From Gemmatimonadota bacterium (GTDB taxonomy: Bacteria; Gemmatimonadota; Gemmatimonadetes; Gemmatimonadales; GWC2-71-9): a stretch of 15,502 nucleotides of DNA. The notes beneath the pieces are model-generated. The model searched no databases, had not been told where the DNA came from, and saw only the letters and a program-made list of their open reading frames with translations. A program made the position numbers and the translations under genes. The stretch lies in the NCBI GenBank assembly GCA_036679605.1, contig JAZDCZ010000018.1, forward strand, positions 1 through 15,502, written 5' to 3'. Of this stretch, positions 1-7,946 are shown in pieces. Numbering within the stretch: position 1 is the stretch's first letter; each line of letters starts with the position of its first letter.

Positions 1-2012
1 CTGACAGCGAGATCAGCACCAGCGCACACGGCTGTCACGGCATCATCGATCATTCTCGCTTTCGCGAAATGGTGTGAAGCCTCGAGGGCTCGCTGAAAGT
101 CATCGGCTTCGCGAGACGCAGCCAGAGTCTGGGCCAATCGCGAGTGGTCAAATGCTTGCGCATCCTCGGACATTGCGTAGTAGACGAATGCACGGTGGAG
201 TTCATTCTTGAATCCCAGTGCTCCGCCGTCCATCCGAACCAGCGCCCGGTCGATAAGCTCTAAGGCGGCATGGTCTACAACCGCTTTGTCGACCGAAAGC
301 AGCGAAACCAACTCACTCGTGGGTAGCATGCGCTCGGCCACTGCTAGGAGATGGAGCATCTGCAATGCGTCGCTCGAGAGTTCCTGATATTGACGTGCAA
401 ACGCCAACCGCATGGTGTGGGGCGGATGCCAGGTGGGCCCGGATCTGTCGCCTTGCATCTGGACAGTAACCAGTGAATGCGCGGGATCGCGCTCCCACTC
501 CGAGTAGAGCATTTCCGTAAGATATGGAATGCCCTGTGCCAGCTGCGCAATTATTTCTCGAACTTCTTTTGGGACCTCCGCGTCTTTGGCAAAGTTCGCG
601 AGATGCTCATGGACTCGAGCGTCGTCAAGAGGTCCGAGATAGAACCCGTCGCCCCACTCGATACCGCTGAGTGTCGCCGGCGCAGTCGGCACGAGAGAGT
701 CACGTTCGTCGCACAGAAGAGTTCCAAGAATAAGAGTCGCCGAATCCTGCAACTGCTTAACCAGCATATGCAGCACATCGCGGCTGGCAGGGTCCATGTT
801 GTGGATATTGTCGAACGCGATCGTAATCGGGCCACCGTCGGAAACGGCCTCGAAGATCATGTGAAGGGCCTCAGCTACGCGGATCCTGACTGCCTCAGCA
901 GGTACCTCGGCAGGTTCTGGGATCCCCGGATAAAGACTCCGCAGGCGCGGGCTCACTCGACTGACCTCGGAGAGCCAGAGTGGATCGGTTCCGCTCACGG
1001 CGGGATCACGTGCTAATTGGTGAACTAGGTCTGAGATCGCGGCGAAGGGAATGCCCTTTCCTATTTCCTGACACGCCACGAAGTACGCAGGCCAGGTCCG
1101 GGCTGTTATGGAGGTGCAGAACCGTCTTACTAGTGAACTCTTTCCGATTCCGTTCGGACCTGACACCAGACAGGTGCATAGATCGCCCTGTCGAGTTCGT
1201 GCCCAAATCGATTCTAGCTGAGCGAGTTCCTCCTCCCTCCCCACCAAGATCTCCGGGCGTGACAATAGAGATGCCGATTCCTGTTGATCAGAGTCGGCGG
1301 TCCCGTCATCAGTTACCAGATTGCGCTCGACACGCTGCAGCAGCATGTGCATTTCGCGGTCGAGTTGTCGCCCGGTCTCGTCCTTCGAGCGACTGGCATG
1401 AGATCGCAATAGACTGATAGCGCCTGTAGTGTCGTGTTCCAACAGAAGGCGCTCGGCAAGCGAAAGAGCCGCCATATCATTCAGTGGATCGACCTCGTAG
1501 AGCAAAGCAGCGCGTTCATGCACCACCTTCACCTGGCCCTTCCTGCGAGCCGTCGAGAGGTCGCCTAGTAAACTCGACCGCACATCCTTCAAGCATTTCG
1601 CCCTGACCGCTTCAACCCAGTGGGCAAACGAAGTGCCAGCCCATGTCTCCATCCCGTCCAAAGGGTGCGCCAGATCCTGTGACTCGAACGCGTAAGAGCC
1701 TTGCGTGTCTATGTCGGAGGTAATGGGTCCAGACAACCGTACCGCAGCGCCCGTCCGAGTGATCGAGCTGGCACCCAGCGGTTTTCTGATGGCAGTGAGG
1801 GCCTGAGATAACGAGTGGCGAGCCCGATCCTCAGATGTGTCAGGCCAGAAGAGTTCGATGAGTACGTCACGTTCTACCGGCCGATCGCGCGCCTCGATGG
1901 CGAGGTAGACCAAGAGGGCGAGCTGCTTTCTGGACTTCAGGCGAACAGGTACCCCGCCCGGATCGAGCAGACAAGGGACTCCGAACAGCCTGATGTGGTG
2001 GCCAGCGGTCAT
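1..2012 (-). CDS. SARP-family (OmpR-like wHTH + BTAD) transcriptional regulator fused to a STAND/AAA_16 P-loop ATPase; 3' end lies beyond the left edge
   Basis: Not in the ORF track because there is no stop codon inside the window. Manual translation: MTAGHHIRLFGVPCLLDPGGVPVRLKSRKQLALLVYLAIE..VERDVLIELFWPDTSEDRARHSLSQALTAIRKPLG (SARP N-terminus), LVGREEELAQL, Walker A GPNGIGKS (1160-1137), Walker B ITIAFDNIH (827-801), QGIPYLTEML, FKNELHRAFVY, and still open at position 1. In-frame ATGs at 2042, 2027 and 2012; 2012 has a GGAGA Shine-Dalgarno upstream. Confidence 0.9.
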   Translation of the reverse strand, partial: MTAGHHIRLFGVPCLLDPGGVPVRLKSRKQLALLVYLAIEARDRPVERDVLIELFWPDTSEDRARHSLSQALTAIRKPLGASSITRTGAAVRLSGPITSDIDTQGSYAFESQDLAHPLDGMETWAGTSFAHWVEAVRAKCLKDVRSSLLGDLSTARRKGQVKVVHERAALLYEVDPLNDMAALSLAERLLLEHDTTGAISLLRSHASRSKDETGRQLDREMHMLLQRVERNLVTDDGTADSDQQESASLLSRPEILVGREEELAQLESIWARTRQGDLCTCLVSGPNGIGKSSLVRRFCTSITARTWPAYFVACQEIGKGIPFAAISDLVHQLARDPAVSGTDPLWLSEVSRVSPRLRSLYPGIPEPAEVPAEAVRIRVAEALHMIFEAVSDGGPITIAFDNIHNMDPASRDVLHMLVKQLQDSATLILGTLLCDERDSLVPTAPATLSGIEWGDGFYLGPLDDARVHEHLANFAKDAEVPKEVREIIAQLAQGIPYLTEMLYSEWERDPAHSLVTVQMQGDRSGPTWHPPHTMRLAFARQYQELSSDALQMLHLLAVAERMLPTSELVSLLSVDKAVVDHAALELIDRALVRMDGGALGFKNELHRAFVYYAMSEDAQAFDHSRLAQTLAASREADDFQRALEASHHFAKARMIDDAVTAVCAGADLAV

Positions 2013-2051
2013 GAGGGTTCTCTCCATTCGCCCCGAGAACATACCTACCCG

Positions 2052-2093
2052 GTATCAACCAAGTATCAACACGTTGTTATGTAAGAGGTTACA
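2052..2093. promoter_or_regulatory. Candidate operator cluster upstream of the SARP gene
   Basis: Direct repeat GTATCAAC at 2052-2059 and 2063-2070 (11-bp period); IHF-consensus match TATCAA-cacg-TTG at 2064-2076; palindrome TGTAA-gagg-TTACA at 2080-2093; AT-rich context. Confidence 0.4.
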
Positions 2094-2240
2094 CTTACTT
2101 TCAAACGCTATTGACCATGGCAATCAACATCCTACGGGCTGGTACCGGGCACTGCAAGTCTGTGGTTGGGGCCGCGCGATCTTCAGGTCCATCTAGACGA
2201 CGATAGGATCCACCCTGGTCTGGGTGAGCCTCAGGGCTTA

Positions 2241-2648
2241 CTAGATGGGTAGCCAGACCTCATGGAGGTGTGCCCAGACGACTCCGCTGGGTCCGGTTGC
2301 GCTGCGGCAGAAAACCGCGCTGGAGAGCCTGCCTGTTTCCTGGCCGGCGACCGTCTGCCATTCGTTATACGTTGCGAGACAAGTGCCCTCGGCGAGCGGA
2401 CGGCAGCTCAGGTTGTCGATGCGAATGGAAAACGAGCGATCGCGATGCACGCCGTAGGCGTCCCACACACTCGAGAGTAAATCTTTGCGAGCCGTTCTAG
2501 TACCGCTGGGCGCAATGATCTCGAAATCGGCTGATAGAGCTTCGGATAGTCGGGCGAACACGTCTTGCGTTCGATCGACGCTGCCCGCAAACCAGGTCTC
2601 GAAGAACCTGTGCAGATCTATGACCTCTGTGCGGCAGTCGTTCTCCAT
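2241..2648 (-). CDS. NTF2/SnoaL-like fold protein (DUF4440-like), 135 aa
   Basis: EVIDLHRFFETWFAG, LSADFEIIAPSG, ATYNEWQ, RLSSAVF and C-terminal WAHLHEVW fit NTF2-like small proteins. Family assignment is from recognition, not from a search. Confidence 0.75.
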   Translation of the reverse strand: MENDCRTEVIDLHRFFETWFAGSVDRTQDVFARLSEALSADFEIIAPSGTRTARKDLLSSVWDAYGVHRDRSFSIRIDNLSCRPLAEGTCLATYNEWQTVAGQETGRLSSAVFCRSATGPSGVVWAHLHEVWLPI

Positions 2649-2653
2649 GCAGC

Positions 2654-2662
2654 ATTATAACA
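2654..2662 (-). promoter_or_regulatory. Extended -10 promoter TGTTATAAT for a probably leaderless transcript
   Basis: Minus strand reads TG-T-TATAAT-gctgc-ATG, a perfect extended -10 only 5 nt before the 2648 start codon, with no Shine-Dalgarno. Confidence 0.65.
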
Positions 2663-2801
2663 AGCCGCTAGGCGAGCCAATCCGTTGCAATCCTGCGCGT
2701 GACGTGTAGCATACGGAGATATGTTGATCAGTCCGTTCACGAGTTAAACGAAGTGCGAGAGTCGGTGATTGAGATGATTCCAAGATCGCAAGGAGGCGCA
2801 C

Positions 2802-2957
2802 ATGGGTCGGAAAGCTGATGCGACGAAAGCAGGGATCGGCTTCGGCACAGCCTTGGCCATAGCAATTTCCTGGAGCGTGAACAAGTCCATCGTTTGGGCG
2901 ATCATCCACGGCTTCCTCTCGTGGTTCTACGTCCTCTACTATGCGATCAAGCGATAA
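2802..2957 (+). CDS. Small 51-aa two-helix membrane protein (hypothetical), missed by the ORF track
   Basis: AAGGAGG at 2790-2796, 5 nt before ATG 2802; translation MGRKADATKAGIGFGTALAIAISWSVNKSIVWAIIHGFLSWFYVLYYAIKR*; two hydrophobic segments; TAA at 2955-2957. Confidence 0.85.
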   Translation: MGRKADATKAGIGFGTALAIAISWSVNKSIVWAIIHGFLSWFYVLYYAIKR

Positions 2958-3034
2958 CAGGGGAGAAACATGTGCGGCGCACCTTTCAAGCTGCATCACG
3001 AAGTGCCACGCAGACTCATTAACGCAGGTACTCC

Positions 3035-3063
3035 TAGACTACGCTTGCCTCCCGCCGTATCCT
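3035..3063 (+). promoter_or_regulatory. Putative sigma70 promoter for the M14 peptidase gene
   Basis: TAGACT (3035-3040), 17-nt spacer, TATCCT (3058-3063), about 30 nt upstream of the start codon. Confidence 0.4.
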
Positions 3064-3097
3064 TCCACTCGCTCGAAATCACTTTTCGGAGATGAAC

Positions 3098-5839
3098 ATG
3101 GTCAAACTCGGTTGCGCGCGTTCGCTCACCGTCTTAGGACTGGCTTGCGTGGCGGTTTCCACCGCCACAGCTCAAACGAACATCCCGACTCCGGAGTCGG
3201 TTCTGGGTTTCAGGGTAGGGGCGGATTTCCACCTCGCCACCTACGAACAATCGATCGACTATTTCCGGCAGTTGGCACAGGCGAGCGACAGAGTCCAGCT
3301 CGAGGAAATTGGTAGGACATCGGAAGGGCGACCCTGGTATATCGCTCTCGTTTCTTCGGCTACGAATCTCGCGAATGTCGAGCGTTACAAAGAGATCGCG
3401 CAGCGGCTGGCCCATCCCAAGGGCCTGACCGACACTGAAGCACGGGACCTGGCAGAGGAGGGTAGGGCGATCGTCCACATCGACGGTGGGCTACATGCTT
3501 CCGAGGTAGCACACGCGCAACACACAATTCAACTCGCGTATGACCTGGCCAGCAGCAACGACGATACCGAGGTGCAGGCCATCCTGAACAACGTGATCCT
3601 GATGCTTTGGCCGTCGATTAATCCGGACGGCCAGACGATGGTGGCCGATTGGTACCGGTCCAACGTCGGTACGTCCTTTGAAGTTGCTTCCCTGCCGCGG
3701 TTGTATCAGAAGTACATCGGGCACGACAACAATCGCGACGGCTACATGTTGAACATGATCGAATCGCGCGTGATCACGCGTGTGGTCAGGCAGTGGGAAC
3801 CGCAGATCATGTACAACCATCACCAGACTGCACCGTTCCCGGCGCGCATATGGATACCTCCCTTTGCCGAACCGATTTCGGAGTTCGTGCATCCGCTGAT
3901 GTGGCGAACGGTCAACCTGCTTGGCATGTCGATGGCCCAGGCGTTGGAGGAGAGAGGCCAGACGGGTGCAATGCACATGGGAACCGGGTTCGACAACTGG
4001 TATCCCGGTTTCATGGACCACGCGAACAACTTCCACAACGTGGCGGCGTTCCTCACCGAGACCGGATTGTACCGCTACGCCACGCCGCACTTCTATACCG
4101 TCAACGATTTCCCCACGCGGTCGCGGGACCTCAGACCGCAATCACTGTATTCCAGTCCATGGCAGGGTGGCTGGTGGCGGTTGCGCGATGCGGTGGACTA
4201 CATGCTGACGGCCTCGGTATCCGTGTTGGACATAGCGGCCAAGTACAAAGAAGATCTGCTTTACAACCGCTATCAGGCAGGGCGTGATGTAATCGCGGAG
4301 CATGAAGAGAGTCCGCCCTACGGCTACTTCATTCCCCAGCGCCAGCGGGATCCCGTCGCTGCCGTGGAGTTGCTTCGCCGGCTGGCGTACAACGGGATAG
4401 AGATCGAGCAACTCGAACGGGATGTCCAATTCGAGGGACAATCTTTGCAGGCAGGTACGTGGGTAATCCCCATGGACCAAGAGTTCGCCAATTTCGTGCG
4501 CCAGCTGTTCGAGGTGCAAGACTACCCCGACCTACGAGAATTCCCTGAGGGCCCGCCGGATCAGCCGTACGACGTAGCCGGATGGACTCTGCCATACCAG
4601 ATGGATGTTCGCGTAATCGAAGCGGGTGCACCACTCACAGCTGCGCTGCGCGACGCTATGAGTCCGGTGACCGGTGCAGCAGTCGAGTGGAACGCACAGG
4701 TTGCCGATGCGGCCTCCTTCGACTCGCCCCCTGGTGTAGGGTTCAATAGCAACACGGTTGCAGCAGGCATAACGCCGCTTCCTGGACGCGCTACCGGCAG
4801 CGGCTCGGCGCTGCTGCTCGATCCTGCGCAGAACAACTCGTTTAGAGCGATCAATCGTGCGTGGAGTGAGGGAGGTGAGGTGCGCTTCGTTCCTGGAACG
4901 GTGGGGGCGGATGGGGCCGGCGGCTCGACAGGGAAGTACTTGATTTCCAATCTCGGGAGATCTGCGGTCGACGCCATCGTGAGTGACTATGCGTTGCAGG
5001 CCACGCGTGCGGGTGTTACAGGTACGCGCATCAGTCGGCCACGCATCGGACTTTACCGACCGTGGCAGGCTAGTATCGATGAAGGCTGGAGCCGCTGGCT
5101 GCTCGAGCAATATGGGTTTGAGTTTTCTTCTGTCTACAACAGCGATGTGGCGGCGGGAGATCTGCACGACCGGTACGATGTAATCGTTCTCGCCGATATT
5201 TCCAGTCGCCAGATCGAGCGAGGGTTTGCCAAGGGCACTGTGCCGGGGCGCTACGCCGGCGGAGTCGACAAGGCAGGCGTCCGTGCACTCGACGCGTTCG
5301 TGCGTGAGGGCGGTTCGCTAGTGACACTCAACAGCAGTAGTCTGTTTGCCATCGAGGCACTGCACCTGCCGGTCGAGAACGTTGTAGCCGAAAGGAAGCG
5401 CAGCGAGTTCTTCCTCTCCGGATCGATCGTGGAGATGGCTGTCGACCCTTCGCAGCCGGTGATGTCGGGAATGCCGGAACGCAGCAAGGTCTTCGTAGGT
5501 CGGAGCCCCGCGTTCAAGACGAAGGAGACTTTCGAGGGGTCGGTGCTGGCCAAGTACGAGGAGTCAGGCTCGCCACTCCTGTCCGGATACCTGCTCGGTG
5601 AGGAATACATCCAGGGTTATGCCACTGCACTAGATGTGCACCACGGTGACGGCCGCGTCGTGCTACTCGCGATGCGGCCGCAGTGGCGTGGGCAGCCGTT
5701 TGGAAACTTCAGGATCCTGTTCAACGCCGCGCTGTATTCATCGAGCGTCGCAGCCATCGCCCCGGAGAACGCGGATTTCTGGACCGCCCCGGAAGAGGAG
5801 AAGGAGGAAGAGACCAAGAAGGATGAGGGCCGGCGCTAG
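3098..5839 (+). CDS. Secreted M14-family zinc carboxypeptidase-like metallopeptidase with a C-terminal class I glutamine amidotransferase-like domain
   Basis: Signal peptide ending ATA/Q; zinc-ligand motif GGLHASE (HxxE); INPDG; GHDNNRD; third-ligand region YNHHQT; C-terminal RIGLYRPW..IDEGWSRWLLEQYGF..YDVIVL..FVREGGSLV. ATG 3098 is preferred over 3092 because GGAGA lies 5 nt before it. Confidence 0.9.
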   Translation: MVKLGCARSLTVLGLACVAVSTATAQTNIPTPESVLGFRVGADFHLATYEQSIDYFRQLAQASDRVQLEEIGRTSEGRPWYIALVSSATNLANVERYKEIAQRLAHPKGLTDTEARDLAEEGRAIVHIDGGLHASEVAHAQHTIQLAYDLASSNDDTEVQAILNNVILMLWPSINPDGQTMVADWYRSNVGTSFEVASLPRLYQKYIGHDNNRDGYMLNMIESRVITRVVRQWEPQIMYNHHQTAPFPARIWIPPFAEPISEFVHPLMWRTVNLLGMSMAQALEERGQTGAMHMGTGFDNWYPGFMDHANNFHNVAAFLTETGLYRYATPHFYTVNDFPTRSRDLRPQSLYSSPWQGGWWRLRDAVDYMLTASVSVLDIAAKYKEDLLYNRYQAGRDVIAEHEESPPYGYFIPQRQRDPVAAVELLRRLAYNGIEIEQLERDVQFEGQSLQAGTWVIPMDQEFANFVRQLFEVQDYPDLREFPEGPPDQPYDVAGWTLPYQMDVRVIEAGAPLTAALRDAMSPVTGAAVEWNAQVADAASFDSPPGVGFNSNTVAAGITPLPGRATGSGSALLLDPAQNNSFRAINRAWSEGGEVRFVPGTVGADGAGGSTGKYLISNLGRSAVDAIVSDYALQATRAGVTGTRISRPRIGLYRPWQASIDEGWSRWLLEQYGFEFSSVYNSDVAAGDLHDRYDVIVLADISSRQIERGFAKGTVPGRYAGGVDKAGVRALDAFVREGGSLVTLNSSSLFAIEALHLPVENVVAERKRSEFFLSGSIVEMAVDPSQPVMSGMPERSKVFVGRSPAFKTKETFEGSVLAKYEESGSPLLSGYLLGEEYIQGYATALDVHHGDGRVVLLAMRPQWRGQPFGNFRILFNAALYSSSVAAIAPENADFWTAPEEEKEEETKKDEGRR

Positions 5840-5853
5840 CCGGCCCTCATCCT
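5820..5853. terminator. Perfect 15-bp hairpin between convergent genes, probable terminator or RNA-stability element
   Basis: AGGATGAGGGCCGGC-gcta-GCCGGCCCTCATCCT overlaps the M14 stop codon; followed on the minus strand by a pyrimidine-rich run. Confidence 0.6.
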
Positions 5854-5865
5854 CCAGAGCGGGTT

Positions 5866-7023
5866 CTAGTTACCGATCTCGGCTAGGGCCCAGATCGCCC
5901 AGCGCCTGACCTCCGCGCTCTTGTCGTCAGCTGCCTTGGCCAGCGCGTCGGTTGCGCTGGGATCGGCTATCTCGCCAAGCGCCCAGGCGGACCAGCGACG
6001 TACTTCCACCACCGGGTCGTTGATGAGAGTTGCGCTCAGTGCTTCGACCGCGGCCGGGTGGCCGATCTCACCCAGTGCCCATGCAGACCAGCGACGAACC
6101 TCGTAGGCTTCGTCCTGCAACGCCGCTGTCAGCCCCTGTACGGCAGCCGGGCTTGCGATCTCTCCCAACGCCCAGGCAGCCCAACGACGGGCCTCGGCGA
6201 ACGAGTCGTTCATCACCGCTGCAGTAAGCACCTCTACTGCCCTCGGATCGCTGAGTTCTCCCAGTGACCATGCCGCCCAGCGACGTACCTCGCCGGACTC
6301 ATCGGTCTGCAATGCCGTCATCAGCGGCTCTACCGACGTGCCATTACCGATCTCGCCTAATGCCCAGGCCGCCCAACGGCGCACGTCGGCGACATCATCG
6401 GTGCGCAACGTCGTGGCCAGCGCTCTGGCCGCCGCTCCCGTGGGATGGGTCATACCGCCGAGTGCTATAGCCGCCGTCTTGCGCACGTCCGCGTCGGGGT
6501 CACTCAAGCTGCGGATAAAGGCTTGCAGTCTTGGGGTCGAGTAGCCTGGTGCAGCGTCTGCCGTCGGCACCGGCGGGGCAGGCACGTCTGGTAACGCTGG
6601 TATGTCCGGGATGCTCGGTGGCGCAGGTGCGTCGGCTAATACAGCCAATGATTCATCGTGCGACCGGAATAGCGTATACGCACCGACGGCCAGCGCCCCC
6701 GGAATCATGAGGCCCGCCAACGCAGCGGCAATCAACATTGGAATGGGAAATTTTCTGCGACGCTGCTCATGGCCTCCTGTCGCCGCGTTGATTCCTGGCC
6801 ATAGATCTGATTCCGGTGTTGCCTCGACCGGTAGCGAATTGATCGTCTCGACGGTTGCCTTGAGTTCCTCGAGTCTTACAGCGCACGCCTCGCACTCATC
6901 CAGGTGACGGCGTACAGCGCTATCGGCGGTCTCGTTCAACTCCTCGTCGAAGAATGCGGACAACAGTTCCTCGACGATCTTGCAGTTGTCGGCCTCGTTC
7001 TTATTCAAGATCTTGTCATTCAT
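5866..7023 (-). CDS. Zinc-binding anti-sigma factor (zf-HC2) with one TM helix, a Pro-rich linker and 7 extracytoplasmic HEAT/PBS-lyase repeats
   Basis: C..VEELLSAFFDEEL...HLDECEAC (HxxxCxxC); TM segment IPMLIAAALAGLMIPGALAVGAYTLF; APAPPSIPDIPALPDVPAPPVP linker; 31-32 aa repeats EVRRWAAWALGEIG; ATGA 4-bp overlap with the sigma factor stop codon. Confidence 0.9.
   Translation of the reverse strand: MNDKILNKNEADNCKIVEELLSAFFDEELNETADSAVRRHLDECEACAVRLEELKATVETINSLPVEATPESDLWPGINAATGGHEQRRRKFPIPMLIAAALAGLMIPGALAVGAYTLFRSHDESLAVLADAPAPPSIPDIPALPDVPAPPVPTADAAPGYSTPRLQAFIRSLSDPDADVRKTAAIALGGMTHPTGAAARALATTLRTDDVADVRRWAAWALGEIGNGTSVEPLMTALQTDESGEVRRWAAWSLGELSDPRAVEVLTAAVMNDSFAEARRWAAWALGEIASPAAVQGLTAALQDEAYEVRRWSAWALGEIGHPAAVEALSATLINDPVVEVRRWSAWALGEIADPSATDALAKAADDKSAEVRRWAIWALAEIGN
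5872..6500 (-). repeat. Coding tandem repeat of about 93-96 nt x7 (HEAT repeats)
   Basis: Seven units: DVRKTAAIALGGM, DVRRWAAWALGEI, EVRRWAAWSLGEL, EARRWAAWALGEI, EVRRWSAWALGEI (twice) and EVRRWAIWALAEI. Boundaries are approximate. Confidence 0.85.
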
Positions 7024-7583
7024 TTTAGCAATGCCTCCCGCACTAGCCGACGTGCTCTACTCAACTGTGACTTAACGGTCCCCTCGGCTGTGCCAATCAT
7101 TTCAGCAATTTCTCTATAACGGTATCCCTGGATGTCATGGAGTATCAGGACCTCCTTCGCACCCTTCGGGAGACCTGCGATCGCCCGCTCTACGTCTATC
7201 TTCGTCTCAGGGTTAGCCTGCATTGCCTCTGCAGCGAACGTCTCGAGTTGATCTCCCACCGGGCTCACCTTAGCAGTGCGCCTTTTCTCGGTACGGAGGT
7301 GCCCCAAGATCACGTTGACTCCCAGACGATGGAGCCAGGTGCCGAACGCACTTTGGAACTTGAACGAACCCACTGCCTCCCAGGCGCGAACGAAGATGTC
7401 CTGTGTGAGTTCGTCGGCGAGCGTCGCGTCGCTCAGCATTCGCAAGCACAGACCATAGATGCGGCGGACGTGGATCTCGTAGATGTGCTCGAATGCGGCA
7501 GAATCGCCGGCCTGCACCTTCCGAACGAGATCGGTCTCATCGATGATCGATGTCGCATTGTCTGGTTTCTTCGGTACGGTCAC
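7020..7583 (-). CDS. ECF (sigma70 group 4) RNA polymerase sigma factor, about 187 aa
   Basis: Region 2: AGDSAAFEHIY..ADELTQDIFVRAW..SAFGTWLHRLGVN. Region 4: LPKGAKEVLILHDIQGYRYREIAEMIGTAEGTVKSQLSRAR. The ORF-track start at 7823 is overextended into AT-rich intergenic DNA; GTG 7583, preceded by GAGAG, gives a normal ECF length. Confidence 0.92.
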   Translation of the reverse strand: MTVPKKPDNATSIIDETDLVRKVQAGDSAAFEHIYEIHVRRIYGLCLRMLSDATLADELTQDIFVRAWEAVGSFKFQSAFGTWLHRLGVNVILGHLRTEKRRTAKVSPVGDQLETFAAEAMQANPETKIDVERAIAGLPKGAKEVLILHDIQGYRYREIAEMIGTAEGTVKSQLSRARRLVREALLK

Positions 7584-7784
7584 CTTGGGCTCTCTGAGAG
7601 TGTTGGATCGAGGGATCCAAGGGAACTCGAGACTCCAATTATTTAGCGCTATCTGCACGATAGCAACTCCTCTCACAATGCCGTGAAACTGCTTTTCGTC
7701 AAGTTGGATGGATGTGGGAGCCGTTTTGTTCGAATGCGTTCTAGTTCGTACTACTTGTATCGTTTTGTAGCAACATTGTGAGAT

Positions 7785-7800
7785 TGTGATCTGCGTCATA
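7785..7800. promoter_or_regulatory. CRP/FNR-family-like or enhancer-protein binding site
   Basis: TGTGA-tctgcg-TCATA, one mismatch from TGTGA-N6-TCACA; further TTGTGA half-sites at 7776 and 7815. Confidence 0.35.
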
Positions 7801-7858
7801 GTTGTCGTAACTAGTTGTGACACTTGCGATTACGAGCTGTGAAACTGACCGCCTCGAG

Positions 7859-7874
7859 CGGCACCACTGTTGCG
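7859..7874 (+). promoter_or_regulatory. Putative sigma54 (-24/-12) promoter for the lipoprotein gene
   Basis: cGGCACcactgTTGCg, with GG (7860-7861), N10, GC (7872-7873), closely matching TGGCACG-N4-TTGCW; about 73 nt upstream of ATG 7947. Confidence 0.55.
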
Positions 7875-7946
7875 TTTGAGGGATGCCAGAAACGGCACAA
7901 GACAGTGTCAAATTGGCAATCACTATCCTGTTGGGAGGATGTAATC

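Noticed and set aside
801..827. Walker B reads DN rather than DD, suggesting a hydrolysis-dead ATPase
   Set aside because: hhhDN is common in AfsR-like STAND ATPases, so it is not evidence of inactivation.
313..2196. Short ORFs in the track (e.g. 477..1016 +, 980..1417 +, 1815..2084 +)
   Set aside because: They are antisense or off-frame shadows of the SARP-STAND gene and show no recognisable motifs.
2655..2999. 114-aa minus-strand ORF
   Set aside because: It is antisense to the 51-aa ORF that has a perfect Shine-Dalgarno, covers the promoter region, and shows no protein-like features.
3134..5909. Numerous overlapping ORFs inside the M14 gene, and similarly inside the kinase and PD40 genes
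   Set aside because: These are typical high-GC shadow ORFs with no motifs or RBS support.
5872..6500. Periodic DNA repeats as a possible CRISPR or non-coding array (likewise 8820-10700)
   Set aside because: The repeats are degenerate at synonymous positions and in frame, fully explained by HEAT and PD40 protein repeats; no cas genes.
7584..7946. N-terminal extensions of the ECF sigma (to 7823) and the lipoprotein (from 7824), and ORF 7811..8317
   Set aside because: This is AT-rich intergenic DNA with regulatory motifs. Downstream starts have Shine-Dalgarno sequences and give the correct domain and signal-peptide boundaries.
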